Part shown: positions 50,240 through 64,000 of the stretch, piece by piece | How positions within the stretch are numbered: the first letter of the stretch is position 1 | Layout: each line of letters begins with the position of its first letter | From: the human T2T-CHM13v2.0 reference genome, Homo sapiens | Reading direction: 5' to 3' (one strand) | DNA: 64,000 nt | Assembly: GCF_009914755.1 (NCBI RefSeq) | Contig: NC_060942.1 | Position numbers and translations under genes: made by a program | The notes under the pieces: model-generated | What the model saw: only the letters and a program-made list of their open reading frames with translations | Told to the model about the DNA's origin: nothing | The model's database searches: none

Positions 50240-53200
50240 TAACAATATATATATTAGCAAAATCAAAATTAATGAAGCAAGAACTGATGGAACTAAATAA
50301 AAAATTGAAATATCCACAATCATGGGCAGAGATTTAATTATTTCTCTCTCTGTGCAGCTGAAGGATCAATATAAAATAACTTAAAAGGATATTTACAAAT
50401 CTAAACATGACTATCAATCAACTTGACCTAACGGACATATGCAAATCCCCTGCAAACAACTCAGAATAAGCATCCTTTTCAAGTGCAGGTGCACAGATGT
50501 ATGCTGAGCCAAAAAATAAGCTTAGTAACATTCAAAATATTTAACGCTGCAAAATATAATTTCTGACTTAAACAAAATCAAGCCATAGTTTAATAACAAT
50601 GAGAAATCTAGAAAATTCAAAAATTATGAAAAAATAATAAATATACTTCTAATTAACCATTGGAACAAAGAAAAAACTCTACAGTAAATTTAAAAATCCT
50701 TCAAACTAAGCAATAAGGAAAAAAAGTAGATCAAAATTTGTGAGATGAAGCTAAAGTATTTCTTAGAGGGAAATGCATAGCTCTAAATGCCTGTATTAGA
50801 AAAGATGAATTTAATCATCTAAGTTCTCACCATGAAGGTAGAGCAGAATGAGAGTTATCAAAGGCTGGGAAGGGAGGGATGAAGAGAGGTTGATTAATGG
50901 GTACAAACCTACAGTTAGAGTGAAGGAATAAGTTCTAGTGTTTGATAGTACAATAGAAGGACTGGAGTTAATAATAATTTATTATATATTTCAAAATAAC
51001 CAGGAGAGAAGATTTGAAATGTTCCCAACCCAAAGAAATAATCAACGTTTGAGGTGAGAGATATTCTAAATACCCTGATTTGATCATTACATATTGTATG
51101 GTGTATGTATCAAAATATCACATGCATTCCATAAATATGGACAATTATTATGTATCAATAATAAATAAATTTTTAAAAAGAAGAAAAATCTAGAAAACAA
51201 AAGACCAAACAAAACCTGAAGTTGAAGAGTATACATAATAAAGCTTCTGAATGGAAATCATTGAAATAAAAATCAAGAGAAAATTAGTAATTATTCAAGA
51301 TGATTTCCAGAGAATTAATAAAATTTTTAAGCTCCAAGTAAAAGTAACCAAGAAAAGGAGAGAATATGTAAATTACTAATATCAGAAATGAGAGTTTTCA
51401 TCACTACTGATTCCATGAATATAAAGAAAGTAAAAGAATCTTATTAACAACTGTATACCTACGAATACAGTAACTGAGATGAAATGAATCAATTCCTTGA
51501 AAGACACAAGCTATCAAAACTCACACAAGGAAAAATAGATCATCTAAATAGGCCTATAACTATTAAAGAAATTAAATCACTAATCTTCTGAAAAGGAAAG
51601 CAGCAGGTCCAGATGATTTTTTTTTTTTTTTTTTTTGGTGAATTCAACTGAACGGTTTTTAAAAAGATGATTCAAATTTTTGTAATTTTTTCCAGAACAT
51701 AGAAACAGAGCACTTCCTAATGCATTCTATGAAGGCACCATTGGCTTAATGCAAAAATCAAATAAAGACATTATAAGAAAGAAAAACTACAGACCAACAT
51801 TGCTAATTCACACAAATACAAAAATCCTGAACAAAATATTAACAAATCAAATCTAACGATGTGTAAAAAGAATTACACACCATGACTAAGAGGGATTTAT
51901 TCCAGGTGTGCAAATCTAGTTCAACAGTTGAGGAATCAGTGAATGTAGCCCATGACATCAACAGGTTCAGAAAGAAAAATTACATAATCATATCAACGCA
52001 TGCATAAAAAATACTTGAAAAAAAGTTCAACACCTTTTTTATGATAAAAACTCTCAGCAAATTAGGAATACAGTGGAACTTCTTTAACTTAACAAAGGAT
52101 ATCTACAAAAACCTAGAGATAACACCATATTTAATTAAGAGAAAATTGATGCTTTCCCCTAAGAGTGGAAACAAGGCAAATATCTCATTTCACCACTTTT
52201 GTTTAACATCAAAATGATAGTAGAAGTTAATGCAATAAGATAAAAGGAAATAAAAGGCATACAGATTAGCAAGCATGAAATAAAACTGTCTTTGCTAACA
52301 GATGACATCATTTTTTTATGTAGAAAATTCTTTTTAAAAAAAAAACAGCCCCAGAACCAATAAACAATTATAGAAACATTGCAGAATACAGGCTAATACA
52401 CAAAAGTCAGTTGTGTTCCTATATACCAGCAATGAACAACAGAAATTTAACATTTAAAATGCAATACCATTTATGTGAGCACCAAAAAATGAAATATTTA
52501 GGTATAAATATAGGATAATATGTATGGAATCTACATAAGGATAACTACAAAACCTGATGAAAAAAATCAAGGAAGATCTAAATAAACAGGAGCTATTCCA
52601 TGTTCATGTATAGAAAGACTCAGTACTATTAAGATGTCAATTCTTCCTAATGTGATATGTAGATGCAGTGAAATCTCAACCAAAATCTCATCAGGTTATT
52701 TTGTGAATATCAACAAACTGATTCTAAAGCCTATATGGACAAGGGAAAGAAAGAAGAGTCAACACAACCCTGAAGAAGAAAAAAGTTAGCAAACTAACAC
52801 TACCCAACTTCAAAAATTACTATAAAGCTATAGTAATCAAAACAGTGTGGCATTGGTGAAAGAATACACAAGTATATCAGTGAAACAGAATACAGAGTCC
52901 CAGAAGTAGACCAATATAAATATAGTCAACAAGTCTTTGGCCAAGGGGGAAAAAAAACAATGAAGAAAGGATAGTCTCTTCAGCAAATGGTGTTGGACCA
53001 ACTGCACATCCATATGAAACAAAAAATCTAGACACAGAACTTATACCTTTCACAAACATTAACTCAAAATTGATGATAGATTTAAATGTAAAACATAAAA
53101 CTATAAAACTTCTAGAAGATAACAGGAGAAAATGCAGCTGTCTTTGGGTTTGATGATGAATATTTAGATACAACACTAAAGCATAATTCACGAACAATGT

Positions 53201-53555
53201 TAGTTTGTACTTACTAAAACTGAAAACTTTTGCACTGCAAAACGCACTGTTAAGAAAATGTAAAGACAAGCCACAGATTGGGAGAGAACATTTGCAAAAC
53301 ACCTATCTGTTGAAGGATTTGCATTCAAAATATACAAAGAACACTTAACAAAAAAAAATTCAATAAAAACATGGACAAAAGATCTGTGCAGACATCTCAC
53401 CTAAGAAGACGTACAAATGACAAATAAGCATGTAAATGATGCTCAGAATTATGTTATTAGGTAATTGCAAATAAACAAACAAGATATCAGTAAACAAATA
53501 TTAGAATGGATAAAATCCAAACAACTGATAACACAAATACTGACCAGGATGTAGA
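50240..53555 (+). pseudogene. Degenerate L1M ORF2 (endonuclease/reverse transcriptase) remnant
   Basis: Decayed RT motifs: ACAAGGC...CACCACTTTTGTTTAACAT (RQG..LSPLLFNI) near 52170-52210 and CTGTCTTTGCTAACAGATGACATC (LSLFADDM-like) near 52286-52309; many stops and frameshifts. Confidence 0.85.
50833..51178 (+). mobile_element. L1MA (about MA6-8) 3' end nested in the older L1
   Basis: AATGGGTACAAACCTACAGTTAG...ACCCTGATTTGATCATTACATATTGTATG...TATGTATCAATAATAAATAAA. Confidence 0.85.
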
Positions 53556-55677
53556 GTTACCAATTAGCTTGTTTTATTTGTATTTTTCTGCATTTTCTAG
53601 TTAATTTCGGTGGGATCATTAGTCTACCACAAGTTCCTTTATATAGCTAACGGGTGGCACGATTTTGCTGACTTGAAAGTGCTACTTTAAAGTTTTATTT
53701 CATCATGTACTTATTAAAGTAACTAGTAATTGGGAAAGAATTGGCTATGATATCTAATGAATTGAGCAGTAACCAATAAGACCACCCAAGTCACATTTAT
53801 TTATAATGTTTTTCTTTCAGGTCAGTTCAATAAATGTTCATTGACTGCTCACTATGGCATTATTTCCAGGACTACCTGTAGTCCAACCATGAAATCAGAC
53901 CCATGCATTTAGTAATGTTACAACATTAAAATGCCATGAACAGACAGACGCCTTTCTCCACTGTGAGCTCCAGCTCCACTTCTTGCCCTATTTCTCAGAT
54001 GGACTATACAGACTCCATTTTCCATAGCATGATTTATTCTGCAACCCAAGTAGCCAGTGAAGTCAGAGCTTCCCAGAAAAAAAGAAAGCAGTTTCAGGTT
54101 TTGTATTATTGAGTTCCCATTTTCAGTATTAAGAAAGGAGAAAACAACAAAGATTCAACTTCTATTTGCATCACTCATTCTTGTTTATCTGAATCTCTCA
54201 AGACTGGACAATATGTACATAACCAATAAGCCACTTTTCTTTTACGTCTTTTGGGTTTGGATGTCTGAGAGAAGGAAAGGGTCATCACTGTAAGGACACA
54301 ATTATGATACAATGTGGAAAAAATCTATAGCAATGAAACTAGAGCCCTTCCTCTTGACCTAATAAAAAGATACTCTCTGTGTGGAAGAAAGAGTTTAGTT
54401 TAGGAAGTCAAATATGTCAAGTTCAAATGCTATCAAGTTAGAATGCTAGCTCTAGCACTTCCAAAATAAAAACTTTGAACAACTACTTAACTTTCAATTG
54501 AGTATTTACCCATCTGTATGGTGGGAATAGCAACATCCACCTCACAGCATTTTTCTTACTATCATCTTTTACTTGAGGAGTGGAAATAATCACCAAGGTT
54601 AACTTTGGTTGAATTAAAAATAGTAATTTAAAAAGTCAAAGTGCTGTTAGGTTTACTTTCAGCTGCTTTGGAGAGCTGCCATGTTTGATTATATAGAAGG
54701 AGAAAGGTCATACACATCTCCATGCCAATCAGATTTTTCCCCAGATGCAAGACTTTCCCGTGTTGTGGGTCAACTTTTAGGGAAAAATGAAAGCTGTTGT
54801 TCACTTGGCCATCTCAGTGCCCCTAGGAATATTCTGGAGTTTCCTGTTTCTAATGCTGGATTCAAGACAAGACTAAATAATTCACAATGTTACACCAAGA
54901 AAATCAAAGACTTTTCAAAAATTTATAAGGATGAGATATTTGTTGCACTTGAAGTATCTTTTTATTGGATGTTGGTGTATGCATAGAAGCAATCAATAGT
55001 AGAGAGAAATAATTTCTCTAACTAGGCTTCTACAGAAAAGTGAAAGGATTCTTAAATATTGCGATTATACTAACGAGATTAATATACCTCAAAATACTAA
55101 CAGTTAAATAACAAATACCTAGTTTCAACTGAAAACATATAGAAGCAATATTTTTCCATCTACTATCTGAGCAGTTCTACCATGAACTGTGTAAAGTAGT
55201 AATCATGTTTCACTAAGACTTGCAGGATCAAACCAATTGTATCCTCTGCATTGTCGGTATGTCTGAATACATGTGTTTCAAATTTATATTAAAAATAAGA
55301 AGCATAATTTACTTATTTTCTGATTCAAAGCAGTGGATTCTCAGTAATCTGTCTGCCATGGAAGCTGTACTAACCTTTGGACTGATAATAAATTGTGCAA
55401 GCAAGAATTTAACTTGACGGCTTCAATATAAGAATATTCTAATCCACAAGCCCCCTCCTACTTGAACAAACGTTGACCTCTGAGATTTCCAATAATTCTT
55501 TAAGAATATAAACTATGGCCTAATCTTGCTCCTCAAAAGAGGAGTATACTTCCACCAAGAACACCTTGATATGTGACTTTCAATTCACACTCTCCTGAAA
55601 CTAGTGTCTCATCAGTCCCTGAACTTCTTACTTCCATGACTCTAATAACGTTTTCTTAGCGTTCATTCTCCTGCTTC

Positions 55678-56132
55678 TGTGGTAAAGATGGCCACCAGTC
55701 CTCCGCTGCCCCTCTCATCTGGGAGTGACATCCAGTTCCCCTCCTTCTGAATCTGCACTAGCTCCCTGTGTCTCTACCAGCAGGAGAGATGGAATGAGGC
55801 TTGGCCAGGTCCAGGCTGTCCTGGGAGCCAGCAGCAGCTCCTGCCTTGGTGCTCGGGAGTCCTGGGAGCTACATAAGGAATCTGGCTACACTGTTGGAGA
55901 GGCCTGAGGGAGAGGCCAGAGGATGTGTGAGAGGGACCCAGGGGAGCCCGCCCTCTGCCCTCTTCACCACAGTGCCAGGCATGAGTGTGAAGCTGCCTGG
56001 GGCACTCTGGACTATGCTAGCTGCCAACAAAATGGGGCCGAGCACCCCATTATGAGATATTAAAAATGGTTGTTGTTTTCAAACCATTAGGTTTTGGGGT
56101 AGTTTCTTAGACAGCATAAGATAACAGGAACA
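55678..56132 (+). mobile_element. MaLR LTR (MLT1F-H-like), degenerate
   Basis: TGTGGTAAAGATGGCCACCA start; AAATGGTTGTTGTTTT...TTTTGGGGTAGTTT...GATAAC end. Confidence 0.65.
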
Positions 56133-57078
56133 ACGCTATGCAGCCTGTGACCCTACTGGACCGACACTACTTTAAGCTGTCATTGCCGCTGCATTGATTA
56201 TGGTAATAACTCCAAATGGTTTTTTTCCCTACAGTTCCTTCCGTTCTGTTCTTAATGATGAAACTCCCAAGGCTGCCACGTAGGTTTAAACTTTAAACTT
56301 GCCTGTCCCAATCCCTGATGTAGTCATCAGCCCCATCCCTTAGCACCAGGGAGCTTCCAGATGATTCCTTAGTTGGGAACTGTCTCTGGAACATTTCATT
56401 CCATTTTCATAGAATTTTGACTATATACCAAGATGTGTCTGTTTGCTTTTGGTGTTTATACCCATTCTGAAGTGTAAAGCCCACTGCAAATTGAAAAACA
56501 TGGCTTCATCGTTCTAGATAGGATTCTTCCAGTAATAAAGACTAAATGCTCTTTTCTTTAATCCTGTTAGCCAGGTTGCATTTCAGATTGTTTTTCGGAT
56601 TTGTGTTGTTGTTTTTGTTGTTGTTACTGTCGTTGTTGAAATGACGGCTGTCGTGTACTATTTCTTCCTTCTTTGCTTGCAATGTACTTTATTTGTATCA
56701 ATAAACAAGACTTTTTGTTTCTGTTAAAGTGAATAGATCAAATTAATCTTATTGTCCCAAATTTTTAAACTTTTTTATATCTTAATTTCATTATATATCA
56801 TGCATTCCTTTAATGATGTAAGTTCTATATCAATTCATTAGAAATATATGAACAAGACAAAACCTATGGTCTTACACCAGTAAACTCTCAAAAAGTTAAT
56901 ATAAATATGTTTTACATATATATCTATTCAATTTTTGTGTGCTGATTTACTTATGCATAATAAGCCTGATTTCTGAAAGTTTCTAAGCCACTCAATTTAG
57001 CACGTGTGTAAGTAAAGTGGTCTTAACAATGAGATCTAGCGGCTCAAACAAATAAAGGAGCTTTTCTCTCTTTAAATA

Positions 57079-57633
57079 CAGCAGTCCCCCATATGTGGAA
57101 GTGTTCCAGGACTTCCAGTGGGTGCCTGAAACCATGGCTAGTACAGAATCCTATGTATATCATGGGTTTTTTTCCTGCACACACATATCTATGATAAGAC
57201 CTAATGTATAAATTAGGCACAGTAAGAAATTAATAACTTCTCTTTGGCATATATTTGGCTTCTCTTTGGCATATCCAAATTGCCGGCGTCACTACTCTTG
57301 TGCTTTGGGGCCATTATGAAGTCAAATAAGGGTTACATGAGCACAAGCACTGTGATATCACAACAGTGGATCTGATGACTGAGACAGCAGCTAAGTGACT
57401 AACAGGCAAGGAGCCCATACAGCAAGGACATGCTGGACACAGGGAGGAGACATGTCCTAGGTGGGACAGAGCGGGACAGTGCGAGACTTCATCACGCTAC
57501 TCAGAACAGTGCACAGTTTAAAATTGATTAATTGTTTATTTCTGGAATTTTTATTTAATACTTTCTGATCATGGTTGACCTCAGAAAACTGAAGCCACGG
57601 AGAGCAAAACCTCAGATGAGGGGTGACCCTGTG
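57079..57633 (-). mobile_element. MER44B-like (Tigger7 derivative) DNA transposon
   Basis: TA-CAGCAGTCCCCC terminus; CTTCTCTTTGGCATATCC...CACTACTCTTGTGCTTTGGGGCCATT...TTGTTTATTTCTGGAATTTT. Confidence 0.85.
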
Positions 57634-57943
57634 AACAGCTCAGCAAAGGAGGCAGGTGATCTCCTGCCATCACGCAGGGCCCCTCCGGTCATTCTGTGTC
57701 ACACCTTGTGCTAGGTGAAAGCTGACTCACCTGGTCACATGCGTGGAAAGAGGAGGTTAAAAGCAAACACTTTCCTTTCTAAGGAAGTGATCGTGAGTTT
57801 GCTCACATGGCTTCCTTTCACCTTCTGCTGGCTGCAACTCCATCACATGGTCTCACTACACTGGAGGGAGATGGGAACATTCCTTCTCCAGCTGGGAGAA
57901 GGCAAAGCAGCAGGGGGCCTATTGTTAAAGAAGTGTCTTCTAT

Positions 57944-59100
<1,157 letters not shown>

Positions 59101-60019
59101 ATCAGTTTTTAAAAAACAAAGAGGAGCAGGAGGGAGACTGTGGGATGCTCTTTCATCTCTGCCACAAACCGTTCATTCAATCATCACCTGATGTAGCTCA
59201 TTTTCCTGGGAAGCAGTTGCAGTCTCCCCATGCCGACGTCCAGAACACCCACAGTCTTCCTAAATGGTCTCCTGGTGTGGACGGCATGCCCTCCTCTGAA
59301 TGCAGTTGTTCTTTCAGCTTAATAATCCCTTCAATAAAGGGACTGAATTTAATCAGACATCGTTAGTTCTTCACAAACTTCCTATGGCTTCCTGCAATGA
59401 AGCCTCCTGTGTATTTACAGATGCTTTAAAATTCATTACAGAATTATTTTCTGGATTGAAACCAAGTCCACCAAGCTTTGTTTCATAAATCCTGCCTTCC
59501 CTATTACTCTTTCTGAAAGTCAGATATTTGCCTATTCTCTCCTTTGCAGCCCCTTCCACTTCCCAGATCTCCCTCCAGGGTGGGTCCACACGTAGTTGAT
59601 CTCTTACTTAAGTCCTCTTGATACACAGGCGTATATAAACCAGGAGTCAAATTATTTAGAGTTGTCAGGTGCTCTTTATCCATTCTTGCACCAGGCTGCC
59701 TTGAAGCCTGGTTTTGGCTACCTTGAAGCAACATTCATTTTTACCCTTTTCAGTTTGAGGATGATTCTCCTTGGCAGAGAAGATGGGGGCAAATAGACAT
59801 GGAGACGTTTTGCTTTTGTTATGTCACTGGTTTCAAGCTACAGACGTATTTGTACCCAAATCTCTTTTCTCTGATCATATCTAAAATGTCTTTGATATTT
59901 CGTTAATATGATTCCTACAGTTCCACATCACAGTCTTGTCTAATTTTTCTCTTGTCTAAGTGTCCTTCAGCATACTTTTCTGTATCTCCTTTATTCTTAT
60001 TACCAATTCATATTCAGTT

Positions 60020-60460
60020 GAAAAGAGTAACCCTTTAAACATGTAAACTTATTCTTCCAGCCTCAGGTTTAAATTGTTCTAATGGTTTCCCATTGCTCTT
60101 AGGATTAAGAGGGCATTTCCCTGAAGTCACCTGAAAGCCCTCTCCGCCTTTGCCTTCATCGTGTTCTCACTCTCTGCACACTCCCTGGTGTGGCCAACTC
60201 TCACCATGCTCCTGCTTACCAAAGGTCCTTGGCACAGACTTTCTTTGAATGTGAAATGCCTGCAGTTTTTGTCTATTCTGAAGAAGCTGTCACTGTCCCT
60301 GCATGCCTCTTGACCTCATCACAGTTGCTATTTCACCTTTGTTTATATCATTATGGGATAACGTTCTGTCTCTCTCTAGCTAAACCATAAGCTTTACAAG
60401 GGCAGTCACTGTAGCAAATAGCACATTGAAGATACTAAATATTTGTTGATTAAGTAAATA
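60020..60460 (+). mobile_element. L2 fragment
   Basis: AATGGTTTCCCATTGCTCTTAGGATTAA...TAAATATTTGTTGATT. Confidence 0.55.
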
Positions 60461-60699
60461 ATCGAAGTACATTATTTGGAGCTTTCTAATCATCTTGATA
60501 TAGAACTTCAAAGAATGTTTAATAAACTAATTTGCATTGAAAAACTTCAAGAATAGGCCATTGAATTTAGTCTCACATTAATTTGACTATTGAGCTACTT
60601 TTTTAATGTGTGATTTATTTCAGAGAAATAACAATCCAAGGGAAACATACTGGAAAATGCTTTATGAAAGCAGGGATTCAGGGAAAAAATTGGTTAATT

Positions 60700-63600
60700 A
60701 TAAGGTATGAACTTCATTCCCTGGGATACTCTAGGTAAACAGTCATGGAAAAATAATGACTATCTCCCTTCTTTTTCTGATGGCCTATTCTTTAATTTTC
60801 TTATCTTATTACAATGGCTGGAATTTCCTGAAAAATATTAACTAGTAATAAAAATGAAAAATATTTTATTCATTTTCTTGCACATTCTTTTAATTCTTGG
60901 CTTTTTAATCAAATGTATTGCACATTGAGTACAATGATTTTTTTAGTTGGAAATAGATATTCTTTTCCTAGCATCTTCTCACTCTTAGGTTACACAGAGG
61001 GTTCTAATTTTAATTTGTAAGGTTATTATAATTTATTGATATCTTTTGGACATTTGCAAAAGTATTATATGTTTTTTCTCCCTTAAGATACTAGTAATTG
61101 TAAACAACATTTGTTTATCACTGTCAGACAAAGTGCTAACTGCTGTATACTTTAAAGTATTTGTTTCATTTAATTCGAGGGCAATAATACACTTTTTTAA
61201 TGTTTCTTTTCCAAATGACGAACATATTTAAGTAGGCTCAGTATCTGGTAGGTTATAAAGCCGGAATGTGAAGAAGTTATGTCTGAACCCAAATGTGGCT
61301 TCCATAGGAAGGTGATAAATTAGATTATTTAGTTTTTAATGTTAACTATGCCTGTAATTAATTTTCTAATGTTCCATTTAGGATTTCTAAACTTACATTT
61401 TTAGACTTTTTTCTTTTTGTCTTTATTTTTAATTCCTGCTATAATTGACAGGCTTGATATCAGAGTATAAAATCTTTATAAAATAAATTAAAAATATTTT
61501 CTTCACTTGGAATTGCTCTATGATCATTTATAATTCATTATATTTTTCCTTTCTTTGTAGTAAAACAAAAGCAATTTGAGGGGTAAGTCCTTCACAGATA
61601 TTGTCAAGGTCTTACACAGTTATTTACCTTTCACGCCTTTGCACTTTTCCTGAACTAATTTTAGAATTTATATTTTCCAAGCAAACTGTTCATTTTCCAT
61701 GAGATATCTTGTTCACTAACAAACTTGTATGTCATGTTACTTTTTAAAAATATTTATAGTAAAAAAGGTTTTAAACACTAATTGAAAGAATGGTAAAATA
61801 AACACATATATACACACCAACTTAACTGAACAAGTGAATATTTTGCAGTTTCCAAACATAACGTGGCTTCATCAACAAACACTTAAGCATGAAACTCCTG
61901 AAAAGGGGCTCTATTCCAATACAGGAGCAATTCATACCTAATAAAATGAACAATAATTCCTAATACCATAAAATATAGGGTTTATGTTCATATTCCCTCT
62001 GTTGTACTAATGATGTCCTATAAGCTTTTCAAACACTTTACGTTCCAACCAAGGTTTTGTATTGGATATAATTAGATATGTCCCTTTAGTCTTTTTAATC
62101 TAGAACAGGTCCCGAGCTCTGTCTTTATTTTCCTTCATGACGTATTTTTTAGTGTTAAGTCTCACACAATGTTTCATATTCTGGTTTATTTAAGAATGTT
62201 TTTTATTCTGTATTTATCTAAAGATGTGGTCTAACGTGTTTTTCTCCCATATATTCTTTATACACTCAAAAATTAGGTGTAAAGACCTGTTCAGATTTAG
62301 GTTCAACATTTTTGGAGAGAATACATCATAGGTGTTGAGACATCTCATATTTCAATACACAAGGAGGAACATGACATCAGGTGTTCACCTTTCAGTGATG
62401 CAAAGTTTAATGATTTCTCACGGTACATTTTTCAGTTAGAAAATAATCTGTCATGGTGGGAGGGGTAATCTATGGCACTAACATCTAATTATGATTCTTG
62501 CCTGAATAAATTATTTCAACTGGAGTTATAAAATGATGTAAGCGTCGCTGTCAGTGGTGGCAATTGATTAAACTATCTTCCTTTCTCTCCCTCCCTCTCT
62601 CGCCCCTTCCTCCCTCTCTATGTGTATGTACAGATAGATATATACACAGAGAGAGAAAGAATATGTGTATATGTAAATATATACATAGAAAATATGTGTA
62701 TATATAGATATATACATAGAGAGAAAGAGAATATATACATATATTCTGAGTATCTTTAGACACATGGATTTTTATATAGCCTATGTTTTTAAATTAAACA
62801 TAATTGTTCTTCTTGTTGCTCAAATATTCCCAAATGTGGTTAATAAGAGTCTCTTTGGGCTGGCCCATTACATGACTGTGACTCCTCCATTAGTCCACAA
62901 GCACTTCCTGACTTTCTGGCACGACAAGATTCCCAGGCTCACCTTGTGCTTTACCTGCCTTGGACCTTGAATTAACTATTCAAGAAACGTTGGTTCCTTT
63001 CAATAGGGAGTGGTGTTAGTAACCATAATCTGGGTACGAGAGATGCTCATTGCTGTTGGGCTATCAGTGCTCACAGGTCTAATTGGTAGGGGATGGACAG
63101 GCAGATAACACAAGCACATACATTGCTCATAATATTAATGTTTTCTTTATTATTTAATATGTGTAAGTTATTAAAAATTCACCATACCAACATTATGACT
63201 AAACATAAAGTTACTGAGTAAAAATTAAGACTACTTGGCTGTTATTGCCTTATTTTTAAAAACATTTCCCAGTGGCATTTTGCAGTAGAGTTTTATGTTC
63301 AAATGCCACTTGAAATAGTTCAATTGAATATGCCCTTAGGATTATTTGTTTCAACCTCTTTTCTATTTAAATCTGTTTTGTTTTCCTTTTTAATTATATT
63401 CAAACATTTATATGATACATAAATCAATATTAGATTTAAAAGTTTCATTTCCATCCCCATCTTATTTTTGCTTTTTTGTTACACAAAGATAGCATAATAT
63501 ACTCAGTAATTTGCATATTGCCTTTTTCACTTCATATCTGTATGAGGAAATGAGTTTAAAGAGATCTTTCTCATGCTTCTGAAGCTGCCAATACTCTACA

Positions 63601-64000
63601 GTGGGGTAAAATCATACTTTATTGAGCCAGCCACCATTTCCGGATATTGGGTTGCTCCTGATATTTTATTTACAGAATTGCATTTCCTTGCATTTAAGTT
63701 TGTTCATATTTGTGGAGGTATATCTTTGACTTAGATTCTCTGAGACAGTTTTGTTGGGCTCAAGGGTAAAGGTATATGTAATTTTGTTAGGTATTGACAA
63801 ATTATCTCTATACATTCTATATACATGTGAATGTTTGCTTTTCCACCAGTATGTTCTTAAACTTTGGGTTGTGTATTTTAGACATACAATCTAATGAGGA
63901 GAAATGAATCTCCATGTAGTTTTAATTTGCATTTCTCTTTTAATAGATGAAGTTACACATTTTTTCACATGAAGAAGGGTATGCAGGATTCTTCTGATCT
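60700..64000 (-). mobile_element. Mosaic of ancient L1 (L1MC/L1ME) fragments
   Basis: T-rich; AGCACTTCCTGACTTTCTGGCACGACAAGATTCCCAGGCTCACCTTG; TAGTTTTAATTTGCATTTCTCTT. Confidence 0.6.
62578..62745 (+). repeat. CT-rich then (TA/TG/GA)-rich low-complexity tract
   Basis: Directly visible. Confidence 0.8.

Noticed and set aside
54593-54608. Near-palindrome CCAAGGTTAACTTTGG
   Set aside because: 16 bp with a mismatch; expected by chance in 64 kb.

Overview
Primate genomic DNA, almost certainly human (Alu, L1PA and a hominid SVA are present). It is AT-rich, CpG-poor and repeat-dense, and is either intergenic or deep intronic. I see no convincing protein-coding exon, RNA gene or CRISPR array. The listed ORFs are short or come from Alu, L1, SVA or tandem repeats. 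I cannot name the locus and find no evidence of a new gene system. What is unusual is structural: (1) an L1 3' fragment flanked by a ~190-bp duplication; (2) three 5'-inverted L1s, two with nearly the same architecture; (3) a ~255-bp locally copied insertion inside a four-level transposon nest; (4) a 30-bp inverted copy at an L1 orientation switch; (5) a young SVA with a perfect target-site duplication (TSD); (6) a 22-unit minisatellite built from Forkhead/POU-like motifs; (7) candidate non-coding exons and enhancers. Repeat family assignments come from my recollection of consensus sequences, so subfamilies and old-element boundaries are approximate.
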